A program made the position numbers and the translations under genes. 64,000 nucleotides of DNA from Squalus acanthias (taxonomy: Eukaryota). The notes beneath the pieces were generated by a model. That model was not told the origin of the DNA, searched no databases, and saw nothing but the letters and a program-made list of their open reading frames with translations. Of this stretch, positions 10,531 through 23,269 are shown one piece after another. The stretch's first letter is position 1; each line of letters starts with the position of its first letter. The DNA is taken from the NCBI GenBank assembly GCA_030390025.1, contig CM059432.1:136588001-136652000 (forward strand). The letters are read 5' to 3'.

Positions 10531-10996
10531 GCAACAAGTCCCGTTCACCCATCACCCCTGTGCTCGCTGACCTACATTGGCTCCTGGTTAAGCAATGCCT
10601 CGATTTCAAAATTCTCATCCTTGTTTTCAAATCCCTCGATGGCCTCACCCCTCCCTATCTCTGTAATCTCCTTCAGCCCACAACCCCCCGAGATATCTGT
10701 GCTCCTCTAATTCTGCCCTCTTGAGCATCCCTGATTATAATCGCTCAACCTTTGGTGGTCGTGCCTTCTGTTGCCTGGGCCCTAAGCTTTGGAATTCCCT
10801 GCCTAAACCTCTCTGCCTCTCTTTCCTCCTTTAAGATGCTCCTTAAAACCGACCTCTTTGACCAAGCTTTTGGTCACCTGCCCTAATTTCTCCTTATGTG
10901 GCTCGGTGTCAAATTTTTTGTCTCTTACTACTCCTGTGAAGCGCCTTGGGATGTTTTACTATGTTAAAGGCGCTATATAAATACAAGTTGTTGTTT
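10531..10996 (+). mobile_element. L2 LINE 3' end
   Basis: cccatcacccctgtgctcgctgacctacattggctcc (ITPVLADLHWL), tggaattccctgcc, ctccttaaaacc.acctcttt; tail ataaatacaagttgttgtt. Confidence 0.85.
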
Positions 10997-11304
10997 TAAA
11001 AAAAAAAATCACTTTAGTCTGGGACACAAATGCCTCCACAGCCATGATCTAATTGAATGGTGGAACAGGCCCAAAAGGCTGAATGGCCTACTCCTGGTCC
11101 TATGTTCCTTCCTATGTTCCTAAAGCATTCAACCTTCAACTGGAGGAATTGCCCCCAGTTTATCTTTGGTGACTGCCTGCTTCGTTCTCCATTTGTCAGT
11201 CGATGTTCACTCACTGATTCTTAACAGTCACAATCTGGTGCATCACCCAAGTCCAAACTGAATATCCCTCTTCCCGACTTTACTACCTTCCTCAATATCA
11301 CAAC

Positions 11305-11535
11305 ATAGAGTTACATAAAATTTACAGCACACAAACAGGTCATTTGGCCCAATTGATCCATGCTCCACACTAGCCTCCTCCCTCTCTATTTCATCTCACC
11401 CTCTCAGCATATCCTTCGATTCCTTTCTCCCTCATGTGTTTATCTAGCTTCCCCTTAAATGCATCTATGCCATTTGCCTCAACTATTCCCTGTGGTAGCA
11501 AGTTCCGCATTCTAACCACTCTCTGGGTGAAGAGG
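11305..11535 (-). mobile_element. CR1 LINE 3' end
   Basis: ttatctagcttccccttaaatgcatctat, cattctaaccactctctgggt; same subfamily as 46584-46930. Confidence 0.8.
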
Positions 11536-11892
11536 TCTAACTGTGTATGACTTTTAGCTTGACACCTTCACCTTGTGTTCAATTTGAAACCTGGTTGAAT
11601 GTGATCAACCAAATATGCCAGTCATAACATTTAAGTGCTGTTACCATCAATGAGGTTCTATACATACAGATTCCGTTTTATGTATATAAAGGATACAGAC
11701 TTAATTATCAGTACCAGTTGATTGTTCATGCCAGTACTTTTTAACTAACCTTTGTAACCTATGTTGCATTGTTTCCGACAGTCGAATGATTGGCAGTCTC
11801 CAAAAAAAAAGTCTCACCTGTGGATTATACACGTTAAACAATATCTTATTTTGTCAACTGCAAGATCAGCTGCAGGTCAATTGAAGGATTGC

Positions 11893-11905
11893 TGAACTTT
11901 GACCT
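11893..11905 (-). promoter_or_regulatory. DR1 nuclear receptor element (HNF4/COUP-TF/RXR-type)
   Basis: Minus strand AGGTCA-A-AGTTCA in non-repeat DNA, with an extra AGGTCA half-site just upstream. Motif match only. Confidence 0.3.
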
Positions 11906-12393
11906 CTTCATCCTTTCCTCAGAATGAAGTTCTATTTCACTTTGAACAAATAGGGCTCTGAATATTCGATTGCATTTACTGGTATTATCTGCAATTTTGG
12001 TCAGTACCACAATATTCCACAACTGCTGTATTCTGTCAGCAAGGTAGCTATCATTCAAATTCATTTTTTTTTTAAAAAAAGGAGCAGAATGAGAGGGAAA
12101 AAAATTGATACTGACAAGTCAACTCAAAGGAATTTTCAAAGGTAACTTCATATCAACCAAAGCTTGTTGAAACAGCATTGTTCAAAGAGCTTTTATGTGA
12201 TCAGAACTGACTTAAAGGAATAGTCCAGGATAAGGTTGCACAATGAGCTTTATCCTCCACTAATCATCTTTAAATAGCACCCTGCGTCTTTAAAAAAAAC
12301 CATTTTGAATTGTAGCTAGCTTCCTGCTCAGTGCTGCCAGTGTTATGTCATTTTCAAGGATAGATGTGAACCTTGTGACTTTTGTTGATTACA

Positions 12394-12750
12394 GGTGTCA
12401 GCCTTTAGTCCGTTGTAGTATTCTGGCCTCTGAGACAGAGGTTGTGGGTTCAAGCCCCACTTCAGAAACCTGAGCACATAATGCACACTGAAACTTCAGT
12501 GCGGTGCTGTCGGAGGTGCCGTCTGTTGGATGAGATGTTAAACTGAGGCCTCTCAGGTGGACATGAAAGATCCCGTGGCACTATTCAAGAAGAGCTGGGG
12601 CGTTCTCCCTGGTGTCCTGGCGAATATTTATCCCTCAACCCACATCACTGAACCAGATTATCCGGTGATAATATCCCAGTGCTGTTTGTGGGATCTTGCT
12701 GTGTGCAAAATGGTTCTGAGGTTGTGAAAGGTGCTAGATAAATTGTATCC
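12394..12750 (+). mobile_element. SacSINE1-like DeuSINE
   Basis: gggttcaagccccac B-box; gtgctgtcggaggtgccgtc..gatcccgtggcactatt Deu domain. Confidence 0.85.
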
Positions 12751-13049
12751 TCTTTGATCATGCTAATGCCAGATGATTGCTGAAAGCTAAGGCTACAGAA
12801 GGAGTCTCCCTCTGGCATGTCATTTTAAATGCTGACTTTCCTGTGATATTATTACATTTATGAACAGATTCATTTCGATATTTGTAATTTTGACAAGTTC
12901 TACCCTGGCTGATAACTTTAAGATTGTATCCCATTAAGTTTCTGTAGTTCGGGCTCAGACACGGACTACACTATCCCTCGCCCTACAGTAACACTCAATT
13001 ATTGATGATTACTGATTTTTAATTTTTTTTATTGAAACTTAAGGATTTA

Positions 13050-13390
13050 GAATCATACAGCACAGAAGGAGGCCATTGTGCCTGTGCTGGCTCTTTGAAA
13101 GAACTGTCCAATTAGTCCCACTCCCCCTACCCTTTCCCCAGTGACCTGCAAATTTTTCCTTTTCAAATATATATCCAATTCCCTTTTGAAAGTTACTATT
13201 GAATCTGCTTCCACCACCCTTTCAGGCAGTGCATTCCAGATCATCATAACCTGCTGCGTAAAAACATTTCTCCTCATCTTCCCCTCTGGCTCTTTTGCCA
13301 ATTACCTTAAATCTGTGTCCTCTGGTTACTGATCCTCCTGCCAGTGGAAACAGTTTCTCCTTATTTACTCTTATCAAAACCCCTCATAAT
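13050..13390 (-). mobile_element. CR1 LINE 3' end
   Basis: FTQQVMMIWNALPERVVEADS; (atcataga)-type tail. Confidence 0.85.
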
Positions 13391-14680
13391 GTATGGGCAA
13401 ATAAAGTAAGATTTTCTTTGCCAAAAGAAATGACCTTTTAAGTTAGAATTCTACACTGATCTATTAAAACACTTAGAAGACATAACAGACTCTGACAATG
13501 TCTGCTAAAATGGTTAAACTGCACTGCTCTTACAATAGTATGTGTTGCATTACCCACCCATAAGGGGTTAATCAAGTACACGGGGCGATGAACTGCCGCA
13601 GAACGGACGTGGAAATCTCCAACAGAGCGGAGTGGCACGCTTCTGAAGGCCTTTTGAGCAGTCTGGATTTTATCCTGTGGAGTGAAGATCAATAGACAAA
13701 TTGGGGTCTGAGAAGGATGCTGTCCAGCAGGTGGTCATGAAGTGGAGGCCACGCTGACTGTGCTTCAGGTGGCATTGGTCAAATTTCCCCACGACTTTAA
13801 TTGGTCTCAAGGAATCCGGGGCTTTTCCTGTTTCCCTTGTGAGGAGAATGCCTCGTAGCATAAATGGAGCTGATAGGAGATGCTGGCTGAATGTTGAACA
13901 GGACAAAGACGATTGGTCATAAATTAATCAGATCAGTAAAAAAGTAAGGAAATGAAAAACACAGATATGAAATCAGATAATTGGAGGAAAATGCATGTTC
14001 AGTAGCTCTTAATTTGACTGTATGACATTTTATCACTGTTAAATGAGATATATATTTAGTATCTTTAACATTGGCAAAAGAGGCAGAGTGAATTTTAAAG
14101 ATATAAGTACAGTAATTAATGGGCTGAGGCAAGAATGTAATAGCTATGTGAAGCCATACATCTCAATAGTACCCAATCACCTTTCTGAAGAAACACAGGC
14201 CTTAGAAAATCGACGGTGCCACGCCTGTTTTTCAGGCGCAGAACGGGTGCATAAACATCCAATATGGCAGGCAGGGCACGCTCATTATGTGCTGGAAGTG
14301 CACAGCGCTCCATTTTGATGAAGGCAGAAAAAGAGGCCTCCAGGGCCTGTGACTGAAACAGGCAGTATTACCTTTACATATGCAAATAAGGGGGTTAACG
14401 CCTGTTTGAGGTCTCCGTTGCAAAGTTTGGTTGCCCTGAACATAGCGGGCCGGTTGTGTTCAGGAAAACGTGGTCAACATGCGTCCTAACCAGCAGTCCT
14501 TAAAGGACCGCCGCCAAAGGGATAAGTTTCTAAAAAAAAATACTCACCTGAATGTGGAGCCAGAAGGTGCAAGAGTGCTCCTTCTGGCTCCAGTGCAGTG
14601 CCGAAGACAGTTGCCAACCTGCGTCCAGCCCCTCCCCTCCCGATCGCTCCCCCCCCCTTCCCAGGACGTACCCGAGGGCC

Positions 14681-15012
14681 TGTGACGGCCAAGTGGTCAT
14701 TCTTGCCTCTGTGTCATAAGGTCGGGGGTTCAAGCCTGACTCAAGAAACATGAGTTTATAATCTAGGCTGACACTTAAGTGCAGTACTGAGGGAGGATTG
14801 TGCAAGATCCCTTGGTGCTATTTGAAAAAAGAGCAGGGAGATTTTCCTCATAGCCTGGTCATTTATCTCATGGCTGTTTGTGAGACCACACTGTGCCTGC
14901 AAATTGGCTGCTATGTTTGCCTACATGTCCACAGCTCTTACATGGCAAAAGTCATTCACTGGCCATGCAGCACTTTGGGATATCTGAGGCCATTAAATGC
15001 AAATTTGTTTGT
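14681..15012 (+). mobile_element. SacSINE1-like DeuSINE, degraded with internal deletions
   Basis: ggggttcaagcc, atctaggctgacac..gcagtactgaggga, aaatgcaa tail. Confidence 0.7.
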
Positions 15013-15101
15013 ATTTATTTTGATCTGACCTTAACTGATTCACAAATATGTTGCTCACAAATGACCAGATCCGTCCAAGCATGAGATCTAAATCAACTCC
15101 T

Positions 15102-15335
15102 AGAATCATAGTAGAATTGTAAAGCGTAGAAGGAGGCCATTTGGCCCATCGTGCCTGTGCCGGCTCTTTGAAAGAGCTACCCAATTAGTCCCATCCCCCT
15201 GCTCTTTCCCCATAGCCCTGCATTTTTTCCTTCTCAAGTATTTATCCAATACCCCTTTGAAAGTTACTGCTGAATCTGCTTCCACCACCCTTTCAGGCAG
15301 TGCATTCCAGATCATAACATCTCGCTGCATTAAAA
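15102..15335 (-). mobile_element. CR1 LINE 3' end
   Basis: VMIWNALPERVVEADS; gaaggaggccatttggccc 3'UTR. Confidence 0.85.
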
Positions 15336-16265
15336 AAAATCAACTCCTGGAGCCCCTCATCACGTATCTTTTTTGTTTATCCCACAGTAGCAACGATAGC
15401 CATTGTAGAATAGATCTTGCTGCAACCACACTAGAAGTGACACAAGGTGTCTGATGTAAAATGTTTACTTCACTTGTCACAATAATTGCTCTGACGCCAT
15501 ATTAGCTTCCTTATGATCTGAATAAGCAGTTTGGTCGCATACAAGTTGCAGCTTTCAAAATACAGGAAACCAAAGTAAAGCATTTAACCTTTAGTTTATC
15601 CATGGTTGAGGGAAATATCTGTTTCCTTTCCTCTGTTTGCAGATCACACACTGTAATGCAGACATGAACACAATTAACAGTAATAAAACTAATTTGATAT
15701 TGGGCATAGCTTTCTTACAATTAGCCATAATTAACAACCAATACTAATTACAAACTTGTAAACATTTTAATTCTGCTTGCCTTTGTGTCCTTATTATGAT
15801 TCTCTCTCTTCTCCCACTCTCATCTTTTAATTGTTTGAAATTTGTTGATATGTTTTTCTAATCTAATCTAATCCATCTATTTGTATCCAGCCCAATTACT
15901 TAAAAATAACAAATCTTTTATGTACCATCTTTCTTCTTCCTGGTTCCCATAATTCATTTTGGAGGTCAAAGCAAGTTCATTTAAACATTTTTTTTAAAGT
16001 TTACACCAACTGCAAATTTTCATTAAATGCTGGTTTTACAGATAATTGAAAATATAGCCAACAGTGGTTGATTTGGTCTTGTCTTAAATATAATCAAGTC
16101 AATCTCTGGTGCATTTTCATTCATCAAAACTTGAAGAAGTTCTGCTACTTGAGCCATTTTTTTAAAAAAAGGAGAGTTGCCAGAGACCGACATAGTTTAA
16201 ACAAGTTAGATCATTGGTGGTGCATGAAGAGCAAAAGCTGGTTGGAGGGTTACATTATACCTGTG

Positions 16266-16692
16266 CTTGATTGGCACCCCATTCGCCACCTTAAACATTC
16301 ACTCCCTCCACCACCGGCGTACCGTGGCTGCAGTGTGTACCATCTACAAGATGCACTGCAGCAACTCGCCAAGGCTTCTTCGGCAGCACCTCCCAAACCC
16401 GCGATCTCTACCACTTAGAATTCCAAGGGCAGCAGGTGCCTGGGAACACCACCACCTCCAAGTTCCCCTCCAAGTCACACACCATCCTGACTTGGAAATA
16501 TATCGCCGATCCTTCATCGTCGCTGGGTCAAAATCCTGGAACTCCCTCCCTAACAGCACTGTGGGAGTACCTTCACCACACGGACTGCAGCGGTTCAAGG
16601 CGGCGGCTCACCACCACCTTCTCAAGGGCAACTAGAGATGGGCAATAAATGCTGGCCTTGCCAGCGGCGCCCACATCCTAGGAACAAATATA
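16266..16692 (+). mobile_element. Non-LTR retrotransposon 3' end (CR1/L2 group)
   Basis: ORF IHSLHHRRTVAAVCTIYKMH..RSFIVAGSKSWNSLP..LQRFK..HHHL is a typical ORF2 C-terminus; related fragment at ~22425-22490 on the minus strand. Confidence 0.8.
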
Positions 16693-17075
16693 GAAAAAAA
16701 ATATATAGACAAAGTATGCGGAATACTGAGGGGTCAGAGAGAAGTTTTCCAGTGTATTTTTTTTCCCTATTGGCCCTGATTTTTGCCTCTCCCAGGAGAT
16801 TCTATGGCTGGGAAGAAGTGGCTTGTCTTGATGGTCCGATCATCATGGTGTGGTGCAGGCTTGATTGGGCCAACTGGTCGTTTCCTGCCCGTCAATTACA
16901 TTTGTTCGTATACACTTGGGAACAACAAAGTTTATTCCATCAGTGAGGAAGGTTTTTTTTTTAGTAAGGGTATGATGGATGTGGACAAGGATGAGCTGTA
17001 AGGCAAGATGTGCAAGTATCATCCAGCAACACTTTCGTTGCAGTGTCACCCAATCTTCTTGTCCTGGCAACTCAT

Positions 17076-17398
17076 GGGCAACACGGTGGCATAGTGGTTA
17101 GCACTGTTGCCTCACAGCGCCAGGGACCCGGGTTCAATTCCGGCCTCGGGTGACTGTCTGTGTGGAGTTTGCACATTCTCCCCGTGTCTGCGTGGGTTTC
17201 CTCCGGGTGCTCCGGTTTCCTCCCACAGTCCAAAGATGTGCGGGTTAGGTTGATTTGGCTATGATAAAAAAATTGACCCTTAGTGTTGGGGGGGGGGGGG
17301 GATTAAATATGTGGGGTTATGGGGATAGGGTGGGATATGTGTCGGTGCAGGCTCGATGGGCCGAAATGGCCTCTATCTGCACTGTGGGGATTCTGTGA
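17076..17398 (+). mobile_element. HE1-type V-SINE
   Basis: tRNA head ggtggcatagtggttagc..gggttcaattcc; V-domain gtctgtgtggagtttgcacattctccccgtgtctgcgtgggtttcctccgggtgctccggtttcctcccacagtccaaa; CR1-like tail. Confidence 0.9.
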
Positions 17399-17869
17399 AC
17401 AGTGGCCACATCCCAGAAAACAGTCAACCCGCCCTAAACCATTCTCAGCAAACCCCGGAAAATGTTGGACTGATATGAAGATGGTCCATATTTCTCCATT
17501 CCCTGCTGAATCAGAATCAAGTCAATCCCCTTTTGAACAATTCAACTGGGCTGGTATTTGTAGTCGTGATGCACTACCGTTGGGACTTCCTGGCCTCCGA
17601 TGACCTCCGACCCAGAGAACTGGGCCGGGGCGGAGTCAGAGTCGGAGGTGTGGATGAAGGTTGAGGTCTTCTTACCCTCTTTACTCCAGATACCCCGACC
17701 CTCGATTCCACCCCCCGCCCCCCCACCACCGGTCCACCGATCGCTCCTCCAAGGCCCCAGGTGCTGACCCCGACCCTCCGATCACTTCCCTCCATCCCCC
17801 CCCAGCCCCCGATCTCGATCTTAAGCACCTACCTGTGAGCCGTTGCGCCATCTTCATTATGATGAGATC

Positions 17870-18456
17870 TAGAAACTTAGAAACATAGAAAAATAGGAGC
17901 AGGAGTAGGCCCTTCGAGCCTGCTCCGCCATTCAATATGATCATGGCTGATCCTCTATCTCAATACCATATTCCTGCTCTCTCCCCATACCCCTTGATGC
18001 CTTTTGTGTCTAGAAATCTATCTATCTATCTTAAATATATTCAGTGACTTGGCCTCCACAGCCTTCTGTGGTAGAGAATTCCACAGGTTCACCACCCTCT
18101 GAGTGAAGAAATTTCTCCTCATCTCAGTCCTAAATGTCTTACCCCGTTTTCTGAGACTGCGACCTCTTGTTCTAGACCCCCCAGCCAGGGGAAACATTCT
18201 CCCTGCATCCAGTCTGTCTAGCCCTGTCAGAATTTTATACGTTTCAATGAGATCCCCTCTCATTCTTCTAAACTCTAGTGAATACAGGCCTAGTCGACCC
18301 AATCTTCTCTCATACGACAGTCCTGCCATCCCAGGAATCAGTCTGGTGAACCTTCGCTGCACTCCCTCTATGGCAAGTATATCCTTTCTTAGGTAAGGAG
18401 ACCAAAACTGCACACAGTACTCTAAGTGTGGTCTCACCAAGGCCCTGTATAACTGT
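17870..18456 (-). mobile_element. CR1 LINE 3' fragment
   Basis: QLYRALVRPHLEYCVQFWSP..EGVQRRFTRLIPG..RGDLIETYK..WNSLP; (catagaaa) tail. Confidence 0.92.
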
Positions 18457-19669
18457 CTGAGGCCCAATATCCAGGTATCCTCATACCTCACCATTTGTGT
18501 ACGGGAGAATAGCGCTGCGCCGGGGGGGGGGGGACACACTCAAAAGTGGGTGCTCCAAATTTAACCCCCTTTACATTCTAGCAAGCTCAATTAAAAAGCA
18601 GGCCCACTGTCGACTGTAAGTGCAGAAAACACAAAAGAGTTGTGTGCTGGTCCTCGGTTCTACCTCCTGTGGAGGTCCCTCATCTGTTCCCACCGCTGGT
18701 ACTTTGCCTCACCAGTTGTTTGTGCCACGACCTGTCCTTCCTCCTCACTCTTCCCAGGATCACCTTCCTGAATGTGTGTATCTGCGCTGGAGCCTGATTC
18801 GAATGTGGAGGATGATGTTTTTTTTTGGTTTATCAGGCATTTGCTCGTTGTAGATCACCCGCCGAAGGTGAATTTTACCCCCATGTAATTACTTAGCTGT
18901 GTGTGAAACAACGAAATCAATACATTCTGCAACTATATTTGCACGCACTGCACATATTGGCAATAACTTCAATGAAGTGAAGTTATTGTATGGGGTTTTT
19001 TTTTCATCAGTGAATGCGCCATTTACATTTGATTTTTTAGAAACGCATTCATAATTGTTAAAATTTCGCACACCATCAATTCAGCAACTTGTTGCCAATA
19101 ACTGACCGAACTATGCTCTAAAACCATTTTTCTGCTGTGTTTCATTAATCGGGTTCTCTAAAGTATACAGGCTTTTTTTTTTACAGTTTAAGAAACAATA
19201 ATAGAAACTCCTTCTAAAAAAAAAAAAAAATTCTCTCTCCCTCTAGGGGGAGAAATAATGGATTTGCTTTTATCTGTACAAAAAAAAAGTCACATTCATT
19301 TAATAAGCAGAAGATTGTGGTGTCAGGTAGTACACTCTGGATTTGTAGAAAGGCGCAGTTAACTCATTTGTGTTTAAATTGATCTAAGTTCTAAAGTGTT
19401 TCTCAGTCACACTAAAAGCCAAACATCATTGTAAAACTCTGAGATATTCACCACATTCTTAAAGGACAACTCAACCTTAATATTAATCATGGCTGAGCTG
19501 AAAGGACACTCACTCTTACCATCATCTTTTCCCTCCCTTTATGCACCATGATGCTGATGCGTAACTCTGTAGGATGACAAAATAGGTCTGTGAGCTTGCC
19601 AAAACGTTCAGTATCACTGGGCTAGAAGTCCCTCCATGTGTTATGTTTATCCCATGGGCAAAGTCATAT

Positions 19670-20050
19670 AATCATAGAATGATGCAACACAGAAGGAGGC
19701 CTTTCGGCCCGTCGTGCCTGTGCCAGCTCTTTGAAAGAGCACTCCAATTAGTCCCACTCCCCTGCTCTTTCCCCATAGACCTGCACATTTTTTTCCCTTT
19801 TTAAGTATATATCCAATTCCCTTTTGAAAGTTACTATTGAACCTGCTTCCACCGTCCTTTCAGGCAGTGCATTCCAGATCAGAACAACTCGTTGAGTTTA
19901 AAAAATATATATATTCTCATCTCCCCCCCGGGCTTTTTTGCCAATTATTTTAAATCTGTGTCTTCTGGTTATTGACCCTCCTGTCAGTGGAAACAGTTTT
20001 TCTCTGTCTACTCTATCAAAATCCATCATAATTTTAAAATCCCTCATAAT
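19670..20050 (-). mobile_element. CR1 LINE 3' end
   Basis: Same subfamily as 13050-13390. Confidence 0.85.
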
Positions 20051-20269
20051 TTCCCCTCAATATTCACTGTGATTTTTTTTTCTAGTGAATAGAAGAGTGA
20101 CTGGGCAAGAAATGTGAAAAGCAATTGTAAAATTATTAATATTTGCATTAAAACAATGGCATTGATATCACTGGTTAGGCCACACTACATTGAGTTCCAC
20201 TGGGTGAGGATTGCAGTGTACGGGAGACCCATTGGAACACTAAAATTGCATTGGGATCCTGTGTATGTC

Positions 20270-20556
20270 ATAAGAACATAAGATAAGAACATAAGAATTA
20301 GGAGCAGGAGTAGTCCATATGGCTCCTCGAGCCTGCTCCGCCATTCAATAGGATCATGGCTGATCTTCTACCTCAACTCATTTTTCCCGGCCTATCCCCA
20401 TATCCCTTGATTTCTTTAGTGTCCAAAAATCTATCAATCTCAGTCTTGAATATCCTCAACAAATATGTATCCACAGCCCTCTGGGGTAGAGAATTCCAAA
20501 GATTCATAACCCTCTGAGTAAAGAAATTTCTCCTCATCTCAGTCCAAAATGGCCAA
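20270..20556 (-). mobile_element. CR1 LINE 3' end
   Basis: (cataagaa)n tail; FFTQRVMNLWNSLP. Confidence 0.88.
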
Positions 20557-20696
20557 CCCGAGAACCCCAATTTGCATAGATTACTGAAGCTGCCACCTGT
20601 TTCGGGCAGGAACGCTGGACGACTATTTCCTGCCCCTCTCCAAAATTCTGCCAGGCAGGAAGGGGTGGTAAGTACTCACAATGATTTCATTCTCAC

Positions 20697-22250
20697 TAAC
20701 TCCCTATTCTGCCACAGGAAAATCATCACAAGAATCCTCCTCAATTGCCTTCTCCCAGTGGCTGAAGAGCTCCTCCCAGAGTCGCAATGCGGATTCCGCC
20801 CACTAAGGGGCGCAATGGACATGATCTTCACCGCACGTCAACTACAAGAGAAATGCAGGGAACAGCACCAACCGCCGTACATGGCCTTCTTTGACCTCAC
20901 AAAGGCCTTCGACACCGTCAACCGTGAGGGATTATGGAGTGTCCTCCTCAAATTCGGCTGCCCTCAAAAGTTTGTCACCATCCTCCGCCTGCTTCGCGAC
21001 GAGATGCAAGCCGTGATCCTGACCAACGGAGCCACCGCAGACCCAATTCACGTACGGATCGGGGTCAAGCAAGGCTGTGTCATCGCACCAACGCTCTTCT
21101 CGATCTTCCTGGCTGCAATGCTCCATCTCATCCTTAGTAAGCTCGCCGTTGGAGTGGAGCTAATCTACAGAACAAACGGGAAACTGTTCAACCTCCGTCA
21201 CCTCCAGTCCAGATCCAAGGTCATCCCATCCTCTGTCATCGAATTACAGTATGTAGACGACGCTTGCGTCTGCGCACACTCTGAGGCCGAACTCCAAACC
21301 ATCGTCGACATCTTCACCAAAGTGTACGAGAGCACGGACCTTACGCTAAACATCCGTAAGACAAAGGTCCTCTACCATCCTGCCCCTGCCACACAGTACT
21401 GCCCCCCCCGATTATCAAAATCCATGACAAGGCCTTGGACAACGTGGACCACTTTCCATACCTCGGGAGCCTACTGTCAATAAGGGCAGACGTCGATGAC
21501 AAAGTCCAACACCGCCTTCAGTGTGCCAGTGCAGCCTTCGGTTGCCTGAGGAAGAGAGTGTTTGAAGACCAGGACCTCAAACCCAGCAACAAGCTCATGG
21601 TCTACAGAGCAGTCGTGATACCCACCCTCTGTATGCTTCAGCGACATAGACCATGTACAGCAGGCACCTCAAAGCACTGGAGAGGTACCACCAACGCTGC
21701 CTCCGCAAGATCCTGCAAATCCATTGGCAGGATAGGCGCACCAACGTCAGTGTTCTCGCTCAGGCCAACATCCCCAGCATCGAAGCTTTGACCACGCTCG
21801 ATCAGCTCTGATGGGCGGGCCACATTGTCCGCATGCCCGATACGAGACTCCCAAAAAAAGTGCTCTACTCGGAGCTCCGACACGGCAAGAGAGCCCCAAG
21901 TGGGCAGAGGAAATGCTTCAAGGACACCCTCAAAGCATCCTTGAAAAAGTGCAACATCTCCACCGACACCTGGGAATCCCTGGCCCAAGACCGTACAAAG
22001 TGGAGGAGAAGCATCCGGGAAGGCGCCGAACACCTCGAGTCTCTTCGCTGGGAGCAAGTGGAAGCCAAGCGCAAACAGCGGAAGGGGCGCACGTCAACCC
22101 AAGCACCCCACCCACCCGCCCCTTCAACCACCGTCTGCTTCACCTGTGACAGAGACTGTAGGCCCCGCATTGGACTCATCAGTCACCTGAGAACTCATTT
22201 TTAGTGTGGAAGCAAGTCATCCTCGGTTCCGAGGGACTGCCTAAGAGAAG
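20697..22250 (+). mobile_element. RTE-clade LINE, 5'-truncated, frameshifted RT pseudogene
   Basis: LPESQCGFRP, FFDLTKAFDTV, GVKQGCVIAPTLF, LQYVDD, FPYLGS, RLPKKVLYSEL..GKR..GQRK.FKD.LK and C-terminal C2H2 CFTCDRDCRPRIGLISHLRTH, spread over several frames; aagagaag tail. Confidence 0.92.
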
Positions 22251-22499
22251 ATTCCTGCTGAGAAATTGGGGGAAAAAGAGATCAAAATCAGCCCCAATGA
22301 CTTACTTATGGGGTTCAATGACTGTTATGTAACCAAAAACAATAGCCAATTTGGACCAGCAACATTCCTACTGACAGCCATTAATAGGATAGAGGTTAAG
22401 TAGGGAATTCCAGCATATTAACCAGCGATGATGAAGGAATGGCAATAAATGTCCACGTCAGGATGGTGTGTGACTTGGAGGGGAACTTGCAGCTTTTCA

Positions 22500-23269
22500 G
22501 AAGGTTAACAGCAGCAACAGTGTCATGATGGGTTGAGAAGGTGAAGTTAGGAGTTACAGCGTGATTACTGAGGGCGCCTTGGGCAGTTTTATTTCATGGG
22601 GTAAAGGATACAGGTGGGGGTTGGAGTTAGGCAGGGAGTTGTGGATGGTAAGGGGTAGAACTGACTGGAATTGGTAGTATCAGTGGTCAAGAACTTGGAG
22701 GTGGCCAGGCTCTGCGAGGTCGAGGAGGTAGCCATTGTGATACATGGAGGATTTGATGCCAAGGGTGAGGTTTAGGGAGAGCAGAGAAATCAGAGGAGAG
22801 GGATCAAGGAGAATTAAGGTGGAGGTTGAGGTCACTGAGGGTAAGTAATTGCGCAGTGCAGAGGCAGATGAAGGAGAGAAGGGAGGAGCTCACCATGGGA
22901 ACTGAGAGGGCGGTAGAGGACAAGGGCTTTAAATGAAAGGTGGCAAGAGTGAGAATGGGCGAGAGGCGCAAGTGAGAGAGAGGCTCCAGAAGACGCTGCT
23001 CTGCTACTTGGAGTAGGAAGAGAGCCTAAGATGGGAGTTGGCAATGGGTGGGGCACATGCTGATAGGTATAGCCTGACTGGGAAGCTTCGATGAGGGCAC
23101 AAGAGTCACTGCCTGTAAGCCAGGCTTCTGTCAGCATCAGGATGTCAATTGATTTATGATGAGATTATGGATCTTGTTTGTGAAGGGGTGAACATTCTGG
23201 AGGGTGATACAAGGTGGGCGAGCTGTTGAAGATCCATATGTGGGGCTCGAAAGAGAGGCGGTGGGAGCT
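22500..23269 (-). mobile_element. Old L2-like LINE, AP-endonuclease region
   Basis: Degenerate EN motifs LTEAWL, LVLYRP, SDLNLHL (GDFN-like), HNGYLLDL, LDH. May continue beyond the SINE to ~24385. Confidence 0.7.

Noticed and set aside
17076..17150. tRNA genes at SINE heads
   Set aside because: A and B boxes run straight into V or Deu domains; these are SINEs, not tRNA genes.
19520..19566. 47-nt minus-strand exon-like segment (cctacag|AGTTAC..GATGATG|gtaag)
   Set aside because: Good splice signals but short, with no recognisable peptide; expected by chance in 64 kb.
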